A stretch of 30,300 bases of DNA. It comes from a virus (taxonomy: Duplodnaviria > Caudoviricetes). A program made the translations under genes and the position numbers. Positions 1 to 9,978 of this stretch are shown in pieces; position 1 is the stretch's first letter; every line of letters begins with the position of its first letter. The stretch spans positions 1 to 30,300 of the IMG/VR virus record IMGVR_UViG_3300021197_000762, one strand, 5' to 3'. The notes beneath the pieces are model-generated. The model worked only from the letters and a program-made list of their open reading frames with translations. It ran no database searches and was not told the origin of the DNA.

Positions 1-1598
1 CCTAATCTAAAAGTCGTGCCATCTCCAATATAACAATCAGATCTAGTTATAAACGCTGACATAGCCGAACCATCTGCATCATTTCCTATTTCGTGATTAT
101 AAACAAAGTTATCCCCAACTGCTTGTGGTAACTGTCGTAGATTAGAATCTAACCAAGCCGACCTGTTTAAACTTCCATAGAACCATAAATTTTCTGCATA
201 ATTGTATGTTATATAAGAGTCATTGATAGAACTATTTTTTGATGGGTAAAACCACCATATTTCATTATGAGTTTCTACCGTTCCTGCATAAACGTAAGGT
301 AGTGCATCAAAGTTAATATTATTAAATACTAAATCTCTTAATGGGCATGGCAAAGTATTTACTTTTCCGTTATATAAATAAAACTTATCTGCCCCCATCC
401 AGTACACAACATTACTTGCTCCAGCTACACTTCTTGGGCTTGCTATTGATATATTGGTTTCTAATTCACTTAGACCAAAAACATCTGTTGTGCCAAGAAA
501 CTGTAAAGAATGTAAAGACATTTCTGTATACACTAATATTTCTTGTCTTGTTCTGAACGCAGTTATTATTCGTGACCCACTACTAACTTTTAAAAATCCA
601 GCACTGTTTAAACTGCTAGGAGTGAAGTTTTCAGGTTCATTTTGATTAGCAAATCTGATCAACAAAGGATCAAAATCTCCTCCGCCAAAAGGTGTTGCTC
701 CAAACGCAAGTAAATGTCTGTCTACTTGAGACATCATAATCTGACCCACCTCATCAGGAACATCTGAAGCGTTTGAACGGCTTGATAACAAAACTGCTCT
801 AGTTGCTATTACATTTGTAGGGTCTACTACTGAACCTCTTGCCCAATAATAAATAGCTCCCTTGCCGTCTGTATTGACGTTCATTATTAAATCATTATTG
901 AAATTATCAAAAAACCAAACAGTTAAAGGAAATATAATAGGTTGTAAAGAACCAGAACCCCAATCTAGTCTTCCCCAAGTGCTAGTTCCCCAACCATAAC
1001 CATACTCAACAGTGCCGTTACCCGCTGTTATTTCAAAAGTTTGTACAGTTGAAGTGCCACCATTCCCACTATCGCTACTATTAGCAGTGACTGTGTTGCC
1101 GTCTACATCTTTTGCAGATATAGAATAAGAGTTATTGTCTATTCTAGTTATCTTGTAATTTTGATTTAACACATCAGCAGTAATGTTACCGCCTAAACTA
1201 GCTGCGTCAGAAAAGGTTACAAAGTCTCCAGTTGACGCTCCATGACTTGATGAAGTTATAACAACAGTAGAAGAGCCGTCAGTAGCTGCAAATATATTGT
1301 TTGCTTCTGAGGTAGCTCTTATAGGAGTTATGTCATTTAAGTTTTCTCCAACATCAATATATACTTTACTGTTTGTGCCTATAGCTAAAAAGTTATCAGT
1401 AAAAGAAGTAATCCAACCGAATAAAGCACGACAAGTTCCATCTAATGTATAAGTGCCATTTTGTTGCCAGCCCTTTATTTTTTCTGGGTATCCATTTAAG
1501 AACCTAACTTTATCGCACTCATACCAACCACCTTCGTTAGAATAGTTGGTAACATCTTGATTGATGCCTGCTTTAAATTGTAATTTTTGTAGTGCCAT
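1..1598 (-). CDS. Tail nozzle / packaged-DNA stabilization-type structural protein (runs off the window edge, 3' truncated)
   Basis: Not in the ORF track. ATG at 1598, just after the endolysin stop, reads MALQKLQFKAGINQDVTNYSNEGGWYECDKVRFLNGYPEKIKGW; the frame is also open where checked at the window edge. The N-terminus matches a structural protein I recognise from aquatic podoviruses; the precise function is inferred. Confidence 0.7.
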   Translation of the reverse strand, partial: MALQKLQFKAGINQDVTNYSNEGGWYECDKVRFLNGYPEKIKGWQQNGTYTLDGTCRALFGWITSFTDNFLAIGTNSKVYIDVGENLNDITPIRATSEANNIFAATDGSSTVVITSSSHGASTGDFVTFSDAASLGGNITADVLNQNYKITRIDNNSYSISAKDVDGNTVTANSSDSGNGGTSTVQTFEITAGNGTVEYGYGWGTSTWGRLDWGSGSLQPIIFPLTVWFFDNFNNDLIMNVNTDGKGAIYYWARGSVVDPTNVIATRAVLLSSRSNASDVPDEVGQIMMSQVDRHLLAFGATPFGGGDFDPLLIRFANQNEPENFTPSSLNSAGFLKVSSGSRIITAFRTRQEILVYTEMSLHSLQFLGTTDVFGLSELETNISIASPRSVAGASNVVYWMGADKFYLYNGKVNTLPCPLRDLVFNNINFDALPYVYAGTVETHNEIWWFYPSKNSSINDSYITYNYAENLWFYGSLNRSAWLDSNLRQLPQAVGDNFVYNHEIGNDADGSAMSAFITRSDCYIGDGTTFRL

Positions 1599-1599
1599 A

Positions 1600-1992
1600 T
1601 TAATAAGACCAGATGGTTGGGCGAGGTCTTGCAGGAGAACTTTCAATAGTATCTAGGTGCAAAAATCTCGCCCCGCCTTTCTGATTTACTCCTATGCCCG
1701 TAAATCCAACGTTAAACGCTAAGGACAAAAGTTTAAACGCATCTGCCCTGTCAATTAATATATCTGCGGCTTTGCCTGAAACGTGCGCTCCAGCATTAGG
1801 GTCTTTTTTAGCTGCTTCTACTGGATGAGTTGCGTCTCTGTATCCAGAACTAATTGTCATGGGCTTGCCATATGCTTCTCGCAAATTATTTAATTTGTCT
1901 ATAAAACTCTGATCCATTTTCTCTGTACCTGTATGGCTACAAGTAAATTCAGTAGCTTTAAAGTATTTAGAGTTTTCCCAATCAACACTCAT
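1600..1992 (-). CDS. Endolysin, peptidase M15A family (Zn D-Ala-D-Ala/L-Ala-D-Glu peptidase fold)
   Basis: Motifs YF..EF.C, ISSGYR, H..G.AADI and FLHLD; lies next to a holin-like gene. Confidence 0.9.
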   Translation of the reverse strand: MSVDWENSKYFKATEFTCSHTGTEKMDQSFIDKLNNLREAYGKPMTISSGYRDATHPVEAAKKDPNAGAHVSGKAADILIDRADAFKLLSLAFNVGFTGIGVNQKGGARFLHLDTIESSPARPRPTIWSY

Positions 1993-2114
1993 TTTGATTT
2001 TCTGTTTTTAGTTAAACTTTTTTTGACTATGTCAGCTTGTTTTTGGTGCATCTTAGACGCTTTCTCAAGTTCTCTAACTAATCTTCTTTTTTGTGCCATT
2101 GTTAACTCACTCAT
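1989..2114 (-). CDS. Small basic hypothetical protein (41 aa)
   Basis: MSELTMAQKRRLVRELEKASKMHQKQADIVKKSLTKNRKSK; ATGA overlaps with both neighbours; below the ORF-track cutoff. Confidence 0.7.
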   Translation of the reverse strand: MSELTMAQKRRLVRELEKASKMHQKQADIVKKSLTKNRKSK

Positions 2115-2566
2115 AATTTTGGTTCTTTCTTACTAAACATATCTTGAAGTTCTTTACTTTTCTCCTTAGAGCCAGTGCTAGAGCCGAAGTAGTAGTTAAT
2201 GCAACTCATTAAAGCTCCTGAGAGCAAACCCAGTATATAGAGACTTATCTCATAATTTTTACCAGACTCAATATCCATAAACAAGATTGCTGACATCATG
2301 CCAAATGTTAAAAAAACGATTAAAATAGCTAGGCACGGTACGATGACCTTATTTACCATTGGGGCAAATTCTGAATTAGCGATCCGCATTTCACGTTCTC
2401 TTGCACTTGCAGTATTTGCGTGGTCAGCCGATAGCCTTGCTAACTCCCCTGATTGTTCCATTTGTTTTAATTCTTTTAGAGCCTTTTGCTTGGCTTCAGG
2501 ATCAGGAATTAATTTGTCAACTAATTTTTCACCAATTGGTAATAAACTTCCAAGTAAATTTAACAT
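2111..2566 (-). CDS. Holin-like membrane protein (3TM/GTA-holin type)
   Basis: N-terminal K..DK.IPDP..K motif, two clear hydrophobic helices, YYFGSS motif; adjacent to the endolysin. Confidence 0.75.
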   Translation of the reverse strand: MLNLLGSLLPIGEKLVDKLIPDPEAKQKALKELKQMEQSGELARLSADHANTASAREREMRIANSEFAPMVNKVIVPCLAILIVFLTFGMMSAILFMDIESGKNYEISLYILGLLSGALMSCINYYFGSSTGSKEKSKELQDMFSKKEPKL

Positions 2567-3066
2567 TAACCACTCGCTTCCTTAATCATATCTATTAAAA
2601 AATAAATCATACTTACTAATAAAGTTCCTACAATGGTTATAGCTCCTCCCATTATAGTATTATAGAAAAAGGCTTTACGTCTACGAATCTGTTCATAAAC
2701 TTCCTTTTCCCGTTTTTTCTTTATTGCTCTACGTTGATGAATAAACTCCTTATACCCAGAAATCCCAAGATGACATAATGCTCCAACATAAAACATACTT
2801 TTTATTTCTTTTTCCTGTTCTTCGATTTTTCTTTTGGCTACTAATGTATCAAATGCTTCTGCTGTTGCTGATTTTTTGTAGATTATTTTTTTAAAAATAG
2901 AAGGTTTGGCTTCCTCCTGTGACATCCATTCTTGCAAATCACTAATATGTCCTGCCCACTTAGATAAAGATTGATATACTGCATCAGCTTCATCTGCTGC
3001 TTTAGCAACCTTCTTTACTACTGTAAAAGCAGTATTTGCTGCTGCTAATATAGTAAGCGGGTCCAT
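2566..3066 (-). CDS. Conserved phage hypothetical protein with a C-terminal TM helix
   Basis: MDPLTILAAA N-terminus, helical body, hydrophobic C-terminus; TAATG overlap with the holin. Confidence 0.75.
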   Translation of the reverse strand: MDPLTILAAANTAFTVVKKVAKAADEADAVYQSLSKWAGHISDLQEWMSQEEAKPSIFKKIIYKKSATAEAFDTLVAKRKIEEQEKEIKSMFYVGALCHLGISGYKEFIHQRRAIKKKREKEVYEQIRRRKAFFYNTIMGGAITIVGTLLVSMIYFLIDMIKEASG

Positions 3067-3069
3067 TGC

Positions 3070-3471
3070 TCACTCACCATATCCCACAACTTCTACCCAC
3101 GAAGTTGTGTCTTCACTCCAATTGTATTGTTTACCATCACTAGGGTATGCAATGGGAGCTTTCCAAATACAAGTATTCTCATCTAATATCCAACTTGTAA
3201 AAGGTTTAGACTCAATAAAAGCATCTCTACTAGAATCATAAGTGTAGCCTTTAGCTGCATAATTTTTACGAAAAGGTGTACCACCTAAACTATGTATATT
3301 GGCATTAGTGTTGTAGCTTGTTCTTTTACAATCCGCAGCATTAAAATAATCTCTATACCATTCTTCCCAAGATGATTTCCCATCTTTTTTATAGTCGGTA
3401 TTGTTTTCATCTTTTCCTGTTATTACATGAATAACAACATTATCAGAATCTAAAATTGCATAATGTGCCAA
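3070..3471 (-). CDS. Tail-fibre-associated protein (possible assembly chaperone)
   Basis: TTG start with AAGGAG. Motifs MAHYA..D..N.V, TSYN, FRKNYA..GYTYD..RDAFI..KP..SW are typical of the gene that follows Gly-rich fibre genes. Confidence 0.75.
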   Translation of the reverse strand: MAHYAILDSDNVVIHVITGKDENNTDYKKDGKSSWEEWYRDYFNAADCKRTSYNTNANIHSLGGTPFRKNYAAKGYTYDSSRDAFIESKPFTSWILDENTCIWKAPIAYPSDGKQYNWSEDTTSWVEVVGYGE

Positions 3472-3483
3472 TTTTTTTTCTCC

Positions 3484-4482
3484 TTAGAATTCTATATCGC
3501 CACTACCCGCAGTAAACGTATAAACTTTATAACCTGTTCTTAAAGTAGTGTCTGCTGATTTACCTGGTGTTAAACCTGCACCTATTGATTGAATATCTCT
3601 AAACTCTGATGGATAAGCAATAGCAATCAAACCAGAACCACCTGCCATACCTTTACCGTTTAAAGCTGCGTCATTTACATCATTTGCTGCTCCGCCTCCA
3701 CCACCTCCCGTATTAACTGTTCCAGCTTCGCCAGCAATTTTTGAAGGAGCATTTGTTGCTCCTCTACCACCGCCATCAGTTGCTGTTCCTCCACGGGAAT
3801 TAGAATCACCACCAGAATGACAATCAGTTCCACCTCCACCACCACCGCCTATTTCTAAATCTAAACCTGTTATCGTTTCAGTTTTTCCTGCTCCTCCAGC
3901 CCCACCTGTAGCTGCATGAGGGGAGTTAGAAGCCGCAGCACCTACTGCTGAAGCACCTCCTCCTCCACCTGCAACTGTTCTATTGGATGCTCCATCTAAT
4001 CCATTACCACCTGCAAATCCCTCTGGAATTCCATTTAAACTTCCACCTGCATTTCCAGAAGCACCTGTGCCAACTGGAGCAGAACCATCAGCAGAAGCAC
4101 CACCTCCAGAACCACCTGTGTTTGGAGCATCTCCGCCACCTGAACCAAAATCACCTGCATTTCCACCTCCTCCACCGCCAGTTGCTACAACATGAACCCC
4201 TGATGAAGAGAAGAAAGAATTAGATCCGTTGCCGCCTGTGTTTCCAAAATTTGTAATAGCACCACCACCACCAACACTTATAGAATAAGTTGTGCCAGCA
4301 GTTAGTGTTAAAGTAGAAGCAGCGGTAAACATTCTTAATCCACCAGCACCCGCTCCACCTCCTGTGTTTCCACCCCCACCTCCTGCTCCCCCTGCTAAAA
4401 CTAATAATTCAATAGAAGTTGGTCCACCCCCACCAGTGGCAGCAGCAAAGTTAGTAAATAGAAGTTGATGGATTCCCGTCAT
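3484..4482 (-). CDS. Glycine-rich tail fibre / receptor-binding-associated protein
   Basis: L.V.AGGAGGG, GGGAGG, NTGGGGGG and GGSG..IAYP polyglycine motifs. The start is more likely the ATG at 4482 (TAATG overlap) than 4509. Confidence 0.8.
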   Translation of the reverse strand: MTGIHQLLFTNFAAATGGGGPTSIELLVLAGGAGGGGGNTGGGAGAGGLRMFTAASTLTLTAGTTYSISVGGGGAITNFGNTGGNGSNSFFSSSGVHVVATGGGGGGNAGDFGSGGGDAPNTGGSGGGASADGSAPVGTGASGNAGGSLNGIPEGFAGGNGLDGASNRTVAGGGGGASAVGAAASNSPHAATGGAGGAGKTETITGLDLEIGGGGGGGTDCHSGGDSNSRGGTATDGGGRGATNAPSKIAGEAGTVNTGGGGGGAANDVNDAALNGKGMAGGSGLIAIAYPSEFRDIQSIGAGLTPGKSADTTLRTGYKVYTFTAGSGDIEF

Positions 4483-5450
4483 TAGTTTACATTCCCTGTT
4501 ATAAAGCACCCATCAGCAGATACCCATAAAACTGTAGCTACTCCGTTTACTCCAATTGTAATTAAAGAAGTTGCACTAACACCTCCTGCAACAATTGCGT
4601 CTACCTGTGCTGCGGAGAATGTTGTAACAGAATCTGCCGTTTTCATCCCACCATTTACGACAGTAAGAATGTCTCCAGCTACAAATGTAGCAGATGGAAG
4701 AACTAAAGTTTGAGTAACAGAGCCATTGTTTCCAGTTAACAATATATAATTTCCAATATCTGTAGTAGCTGCTGTTGTTGTGGCGGTTATAAATGCTCTG
4801 GAAACTGGTACTTTTCTCAAATTTCCGTCTACATCCGATACTCCACCTGTGCTTAATAATGTACCTCCAACTGAAGCATTACCTACTACACCTAAATTAC
4901 CCGTGCTATTTGCTGTGGCAAAAGTAAAAGTGCCTGTAACAGAAGCATTACCTGTTACACCTAACGTAGTTCCTACAGAAGCAGCACCGCCAACTGATAA
5001 AGCGTTTAGCACCTCCATAGCACTTGCACTACTTACAGCAGAAGTTACAGCCGATCCATCGGTGTAAACCATCGCTGCACCTCCAGCGGGTACTGTTTGA
5101 GTATTAAATAAATTTGTCCCTGCTGCCGTGCCGTTTCTAACTGAAACATCTACAGTTAGGGTATTGTTTATAAGATAGCTTTTTTCAACAGTAGGTAAAA
5201 GTAAAACATGACCTGCTGTTCCTGTTCCAACTAAGTTTAAACGAAAGTTTCTTCCAGCCTGCAAAGCATTTGAATCGGTTAATGTCACAGATGCAGTTGG
5301 AGCATCCGCAGCAAAAGTAACATCAGTTGTTCTTGCGATAGCTTCTTCAATAGCAGAAAGATTATTGTTAGTTATAGTTCCCCATGCCCCAGAGTTTTCC
5401 CCTGTTGCCATGAGTTGAATTTTTAAATCTGGTGACGCTGACGAAGCCAT
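4482..5450 (-). CDS. Tail fibre / proximal fibre protein
   Basis: N-terminus LKIQLM.TGENSG.WG..TN.NL..IE.AI; LxVxG beta-helix-like repeats. Confidence 0.75.
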   Translation of the reverse strand: MASSASPDLKIQLMATGENSGAWGTITNNNLSAIEEAIARTTDVTFAADAPTASVTLTDSNALQAGRNFRLNLVGTGTAGHVLLLPTVEKSYLINNTLTVDVSVRNGTAAGTNLFNTQTVPAGGAAMVYTDGSAVTSAVSSASAMEVLNALSVGGAASVGTTLGVTGNASVTGTFTFATANSTGNLGVVGNASVGGTLLSTGGVSDVDGNLRKVPVSRAFITATTTAATTDIGNYILLTGNNGSVTQTLVLPSATFVAGDILTVVNGGMKTADSVTTFSAAQVDAIVAGGVSATSLITIGVNGVATVLWVSADGCFITGNVN

Positions 5451-5459
5451 AATGTTCTC

Positions 5460-5849
5460 CTATGCTGCTTCTATTATATCCCAATTGGGGGTTTGATCTG
5501 TATCTACCTCTCCCCAAATTAATGTTTTACCTGCTGTTCCAATACCTGAAACTCCTGACGTAAGTGTTACACTTGCATTTAAAGAAACAAAATACCCTTC
5601 TCCTAATTCAGCCGTTCCAGATAAACCTGTTATTAATGCACTTGCACCTCCACTAACTGAAGGCACTCCTAAAAATCCTGATGCTGAAACTCCAGTTACA
5701 TCAACTCTATACTCTACGTTAACAGTTGCAGTACCAATAGAGCCAGCAGCACTGACTCCATCTACAGTTAAATCAAGTTGAGGCGCACCCCAACCATTTC
5801 TTGCCCACGGTCCTGTACTCCAGCCCTCGTAGATAACACTTGTGGGCAT
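5460..5849 (-). CDS. Virion structural protein (GW..G.W and V.GVSA.G repeats)
   Basis: ORF in the tail block with repeated VTGVS/ITGLS motifs. Confidence 0.7.
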   Translation of the reverse strand: MPTSVIYEGWSTGPWARNGWGAPQLDLTVDGVSAAGSIGTATVNVEYRVDVTGVSASGFLGVPSVSGGASALITGLSGTAELGEGYFVSLNASVTLTSGVSGIGTAGKTLIWGEVDTDQTPNWDIIEAA

Positions 5850-5850
5850 T

Positions 5851-6318
5851 TTAAGCTATTCTAATAATCGCTGCCGCACTTGTTGCCGCAGGGAAAACAA
5901 TTGTAAAATCACCCGCTGTTGCTGCTTTTGATCCTCCAAAGTCTAACACTGCTACTGCCGCATTAGTTAAAGTAGTTCCAGCATTATTAGATGTAAACGG
6001 AGTGCTATTGTAAATCAACGCTCCATCTGCCGCTAAAGTAACATTTAAAAAAGTTAAGTCAGCAAAATCTACAAAACCTGATGTAGAGCCTGAAGTTACC
6101 CCAACCACTGTTAGTGCAGAACCTGCGGTCACATAATTAGTTCCTACACATTCACCTGCTGTAACAAACCCAGTTGTAGAGGCATTTAATGTTGCTCCAG
6201 ATGAATACAAAGCAAGTTTAAACGTACTAGCTGAACTTGAACCTGTTGGATGAAAATTGTGCATACTTAACATTACTTCTTGTTTAAATGAAGTACACAT
6301 TGCTTGTGTAATTGCCAT
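5851..6318 (-). CDS. Conserved virion structural protein
   Basis: MAITQAMCTSFK, FKLALY, GALIYN and VLDFG motifs; GGAG RBS. Confidence 0.75.
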   Translation of the reverse strand: MAITQAMCTSFKQEVMLSMHNFHPTGSSSASTFKLALYSSGATLNASTTGFVTAGECVGTNYVTAGSALTVVGVTSGSTSGFVDFADLTFLNVTLAADGALIYNSTPFTSNNAGTTLTNAAVAVLDFGGSKAATAGDFTIVFPAATSAAAIIRIA

Positions 6319-6328
6319 ACCTAACTCC

Positions 6329-6619
6329 CTATTCGTCTAAAATTTTTATTAATTCAGGATGTCCTGCTTGCCTGAACTTATGTGCCAATGTTGTGTTGTT
6401 ACTGCTTATAGCTTCTTTCATGTAGTGAACTATAACTTTTCTAATATTTTCTTTAAATGCTTCTGCTTGTTCTCTAATAGCAGGATGTGTTTGACTACCA
6501 ACAGATATAATTTTATTTACGGCTCTTTCAGATATTTCTTCTGGAGTAAATCCTCTATTAGAAGTGGTATAAACTTTGACATCCCCTCCTAGTAATGCCG
6601 ATGTTCCGTTTCCTATCAT
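6329..6619 (-). CDS. Conserved phage hypothetical protein
   Basis: V.T..NRG.TPEE..ER...KIISV...HP.I..QA.AF; ATGA overlap with the upstream gene. Confidence 0.75.
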   Translation of the reverse strand: MIGNGTSALLGGDVKVYTTSNRGFTPEEISERAVNKIISVGSQTHPAIREQAEAFKENIRKVIVHYMKEAISSNNTTLAHKFRQAGHPELIKILDE

Positions 6620-7293
6620 TTGACTTGATACCTCGCTTGTTCTGTTCTATACATATCTTGACGGTTTTTGCCTTCACTTAATTGTTTTAAACCTGATATA
6701 GCTTGATTATATTGATCGGTATATGCTTTATAAACATCAGCCTCGCCTTTCATAAATATATGCGCTTCAATTATAGACCCATACAAAAGAATAGAATCGT
6801 AATTGTCTCCTAGCCATGATGTACCAGCAGTAACAATTGATTGTGGATAGTAAAAATAATGTAACTCTGCTGTGTACCCTGTGTCTGGAGTAGGTCCGAC
6901 TATGTAAGAATTTTGATCAAACAAAGCGTAATGCGTTGGTTTTCCTGTAGTGCTGGGGTTTGGAAAAGCCTCACGAATATAATTAACGTCTTTATTTAAA
7001 AGATAACTATACGCTCCAGAGGAATCTATAATTGCTAAAGAAAAATTAGCTAACCAATCTGACGGAATAGTTAAATATTGATTTCCGCTAGTCAAAGCAC
7101 CTGTTACATTTCTTCGTAAATCAAGTATTTGAACAGAGTTATAAACCTTTTGCTCTGCTTGTTCTATAAAAGTATTAATTTGTTCTGTGCTAGTTAAAGT
7201 CACAGAATCGCCCGAACTTCCTGTAAAAGAAGTATCAGGAAAATCATTTTCCACATAGCCTTTGACGGTTTCAAAAAGCTGTGAATAATTCAT
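6616..7293 (-). CDS. Head-tail adaptor / tail tubular A-like protein
   Basis: MNY..L, FI.QAE, G.P..YA, GPTPD..Y..EL.Y and LLYG..EA motifs. Confidence 0.7.
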   Translation of the reverse strand: MNYSQLFETVKGYVENDFPDTSFTGSSGDSVTLTSTEQINTFIEQAEQKVYNSVQILDLRRNVTGALTSGNQYLTIPSDWLANFSLAIIDSSGAYSYLLNKDVNYIREAFPNPSTTGKPTHYALFDQNSYIVGPTPDTGYTAELHYFYYPQSIVTAGTSWLGDNYDSILLYGSIIEAHIFMKGEADVYKAYTDQYNQAISGLKQLSEGKNRQDMYRTEQARYQVK

Positions 7294-7463
7294 TAGGCTA
7301 ATCTCGTAGAAGAATTTGTACCTTTAGTAGCAGCACCAGTTCCTCTTGTTTTTACGGTTTGTGTATTGGGTACATTATTAGGGTAACCAGATGTTGATGG
7401 CACAGGCACATCAATGGGCGACTTATATATACCATTATATTTTCCGTCTTTTGTTTCTTTCAT
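7293..7463 (-). CDS. Small protein (56 aa) with RGxGAAxKG motif
   Basis: MKETKDGKYNGIYKSPIDVPVPSTSGYPNNVPNTQTVKTRGTGAATKGTNSSTRLA; GGAG RBS and TAATG overlap; fills the gap in the track. Confidence 0.75.
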   Translation of the reverse strand: MKETKDGKYNGIYKSPIDVPVPSTSGYPNNVPNTQTVKTRGTGAATKGTNSSTRLA

Positions 7464-7473
7464 GTTTTTCTCC

Positions 7474-7833
7474 CTAGTTAACTTCTATTGTGACATTACC
7501 TACACTTCCTTTAATAATCAAAACATTTGGATATCCTATTTTATAAGGGTCTGGTAAACCAACTGGGTTAAATCCATATTGAAAATTTCTAGATTTAGAT
7601 TCTGGGAATGCTGTCAAATCTGGTCTAGGATTTCTCAATGCTTGCGGATCATTTATTGGTTTCATACCAACTTGCAACTGAGGCTGATCTTTTTCAAAAC
7701 ACTCAGGACAAACTAAGATATTCACTTTCTTTGTTTTAATTGTTAACTGTTTTAACTGCTTTAATTTAAATCTAAAACCACACCTATCGCACTCTGCAAT
7801 AGCGTTTTTTCCTGAAGCATATTTATTTCCCAT
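7474..7833 (-). CDS. Zn-ribbon (CxxC...CxxC) phage protein
   Basis: CDRCG and CPEC, plus the DPQALR.PRPD motif. Confidence 0.75.
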   Translation of the reverse strand: MGNKYASGKNAIAECDRCGFRFKLKQLKQLTIKTKKVNILVCPECFEKDQPQLQVGMKPINDPQALRNPRPDLTAFPESKSRNFQYGFNPVGLPDPYKIGYPNVLIIKGSVGNVTIEVN

Positions 7834-8546
7834 TAGACTGCTGAGAAAGAACTTTCAGGTACTATTCTAATAGAAGCCTTCTCTCTATCCTCTTCAGATG
7901 CTAAAGTCCATTGTTCTGCATAATCTTGTTTTAACGCACCCGATCTTGTTTCTGCACCAGGCACTTTCATAGATAAATAATAAGCAAGTCCAGCTATTAA
8001 ACAATTATAAAATCTAAATGGAATGGCTGTTGTGTTTACCCCATCGCCTACATCATTAATTCTTTTTAATCTGTAATACACAAGAGTATATGTGTTTGCT
8101 GTATCTGGAGCAGGATATAAATTTACCCTTGGAGGAAAAGACTCTGTAGATGTACTAGAACCAGATCGTCTATCAATATAAATTTGTATTGGTCTGCCTG
8201 TTGCATTTTTATTAGGAATCGTTGCGTATGTTGATACACTAATTCTTGTAACACTTAAATCAGATTGTGAACTTCCAGTGCCAGTTCTTATTACCTGTTC
8301 TACTAAATCTATAGTGTCGTCAGGAAGATCATACTGAATTGTTCCAGCAGTCAAAGCAACTGTTCCCTCCTCTATTGTCCATAGATTGACTCCACGATTT
8401 GCCCACTCTATAGTTAGTAAATTTAACGATCTTCTGGCTGTGCGGAAATGATACCCAGTTCTAGCCTCCACGCCACACCGTTCAAACGCCTCTTCAATAA
8501 TTTCATTTACGTCTGGATTAAAAGATGTTGTATTAGTTGTTGTCAT
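7833..8546 (-). CDS. Head-tail adaptor (P22 gp4-like) protein
   Basis: IIEEA.ER.G, ARRSLN....W.NRG.NLW, G.P and GLAYY motifs. Confidence 0.7.
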   Translation of the reverse strand: MTTTNTTSFNPDVNEIIEEAFERCGVEARTGYHFRTARRSLNLLTIEWANRGVNLWTIEEGTVALTAGTIQYDLPDDTIDLVEQVIRTGTGSSQSDLSVTRISVSTYATIPNKNATGRPIQIYIDRRSGSSTSTESFPPRVNLYPAPDTANTYTLVYYRLKRINDVGDGVNTTAIPFRFYNCLIAGLAYYLSMKVPGAETRSGALKQDYAEQWTLASEEDREKASIRIVPESSFSAV

Positions 8547-8797
8547 GCTCGATGCCTTTTAACTTTCTTTGCTATTTTTTTCGGTTGAGCCACATACTGC
8601 TTACCTTGTTTCTTACCTTTTCGCTTTGCTCGGCTAGTAGCTCTATACTCTGCATCAGATAACGAGGCAATTGCCGAAGTTGGTAAGTACCTTTCGCCTG
8701 TAGCTTTTTTACCTTGTGTGCTAGGTTTACCACTTTTTGTTCTCCATTTTTGTTTTGTCCAACTCTTTAAAGATTTTTGCGATTTAGCTAAAGCCAT
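8543..8797 (-). CDS. Small basic protein, resembles the C-terminal half of DUF5872
   Basis: SQKSL..WT.Q.W.T, GERYLP..A...LS..E..AT..KR.G...GKQ.V. Confidence 0.7.
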   Translation of the reverse strand: MALAKSQKSLKSWTKQKWRTKSGKPSTQGKKATGERYLPTSAIASLSDAEYRATSRAKRKGKKQGKQYVAQPKKIAKKVKRHRA

Positions 8798-9978
8798 TAT
8801 CTTGCCCCTTTTCCTCCTATACCAGCACCAAACCCTAAAGGTGGGGAAGAAAACCCCCCTCTCATGGGAGTCATTCTTTGACCACCTTTGCCCCCTATTG
8901 GAGCAGGTTGCTGTGACTGGTATTGATTCATATTAGCTTCGGGTGGCATAGGCGAAACTTCGGCTGGGGCTGAATTGCTAAAACCTCTTGATCCACCATA
9001 AGGTGAGTAAATAGGTTGATTAAAACTTGATCTAAAAGGTTGTGAAAATCTTTGTGGTGGTGGCATAGCATAAGGATTAAATCTAGGTTGTGGTTGCCTA
9101 TAAGGAGTAAACCCATAATCAGGCTGAATATATCTTGATCTTGATGCTAAATTTTGTCTTGCAATAGCACCTCTAAATTCATTTGGATTTAAATATGTTC
9201 CAGATTGAATAAGTCCTTGTAATGCACTTTGTGATGGATCAAACCCCATGTTCTCTCTGTATAAATCTCTAGCCCGTGAACCAAACTCTCCGCTATCAAT
9301 AGCGGCTTGTCTAAACGCTCTTGGGTCTTGCATTAAATCTGGTCTGACATTTCTATAATAATCTAAGCCACCTAATCTGGGGTCTCTTGCTAAAACTTGA
9401 TTGAATGTTGAAAATATTGGACTATTTCTTCTAAGCTCTGGAATAGCTCTTTGAAAAAATTCTTCTCTGGTTAATCCACTAGCCCCCTCTTGAGCAGCTT
9501 GTGACTCAGGTTCTCTGCCTAAAACATCCATGTAATTTTGATATCCAGTAGACTGTTCATCAGCCACAAAAGGTATATCAGCTTCAGCTTGGGCATCAGT
9601 TGTAGCCTGTAATTGTAAAGCCTCTTCTTTTGTTATTACATTTCCAGAAGGATCACGGTACGTTGTTCCAGTTAGACCATATCCTACGGGGTTTTCTGTA
9701 ACCGTGTATGCTGGAGTAGAAGCCACTTCAGGCGAAGAGGTGGCAGGAGAAGATGTATTTGGAGGTGTAACGGGGTCGGTGGAAACTCCCGTATCCACAT
9801 CCCCTCCTGCCGATGGTGGAGTATAACCTGGCACTGATACCATACGGTTATACAAATCTTTAGACTCGGTAGCATCTAAGTCCGAGCCATATACGTTAGA
9901 GTGAAAATTTAACTCTTGAGCAGAAGCTGGTCTTCCGTAAGTTTTAATATATAAGTCATTAATAGCTTTTTCACTCAT
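8797..9978 (-). CDS. Protein with DUF4214-like helical repeats and low-complexity linkers
   Basis: Four Y/F..xLGRxP-type repeats and P/Q/S-rich segments; TAATG overlaps on both sides. Confidence 0.7.
   Translation of the reverse strand: MSEKAINDLYIKTYGRPASAQELNFHSNVYGSDLDATESKDLYNRMVSVPGYTPPSAGGDVDTGVSTDPVTPPNTSSPATSSPEVASTPAYTVTENPVGYGLTGTTYRDPSGNVITKEEALQLQATTDAQAEADIPFVADEQSTGYQNYMDVLGREPESQAAQEGASGLTREEFFQRAIPELRRNSPIFSTFNQVLARDPRLGGLDYYRNVRPDLMQDPRAFRQAAIDSGEFGSRARDLYRENMGFDPSQSALQGLIQSGTYLNPNEFRGAIARQNLASRSRYIQPDYGFTPYRQPQPRFNPYAMPPPQRFSQPFRSSFNQPIYSPYGGSRGFSNSAPAEVSPMPPEANMNQYQSQQPAPIGGKGGQRMTPMRGGFSSPPLGFGAGIGGKGAR

Noticed and set aside
3484-4482. CCACC/CCTCC repeats as a DNA-level repeat or DGR target
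   Set aside because: Explained by polyglycine codons; no template/variable repeat pair or reverse transcriptase was seen.
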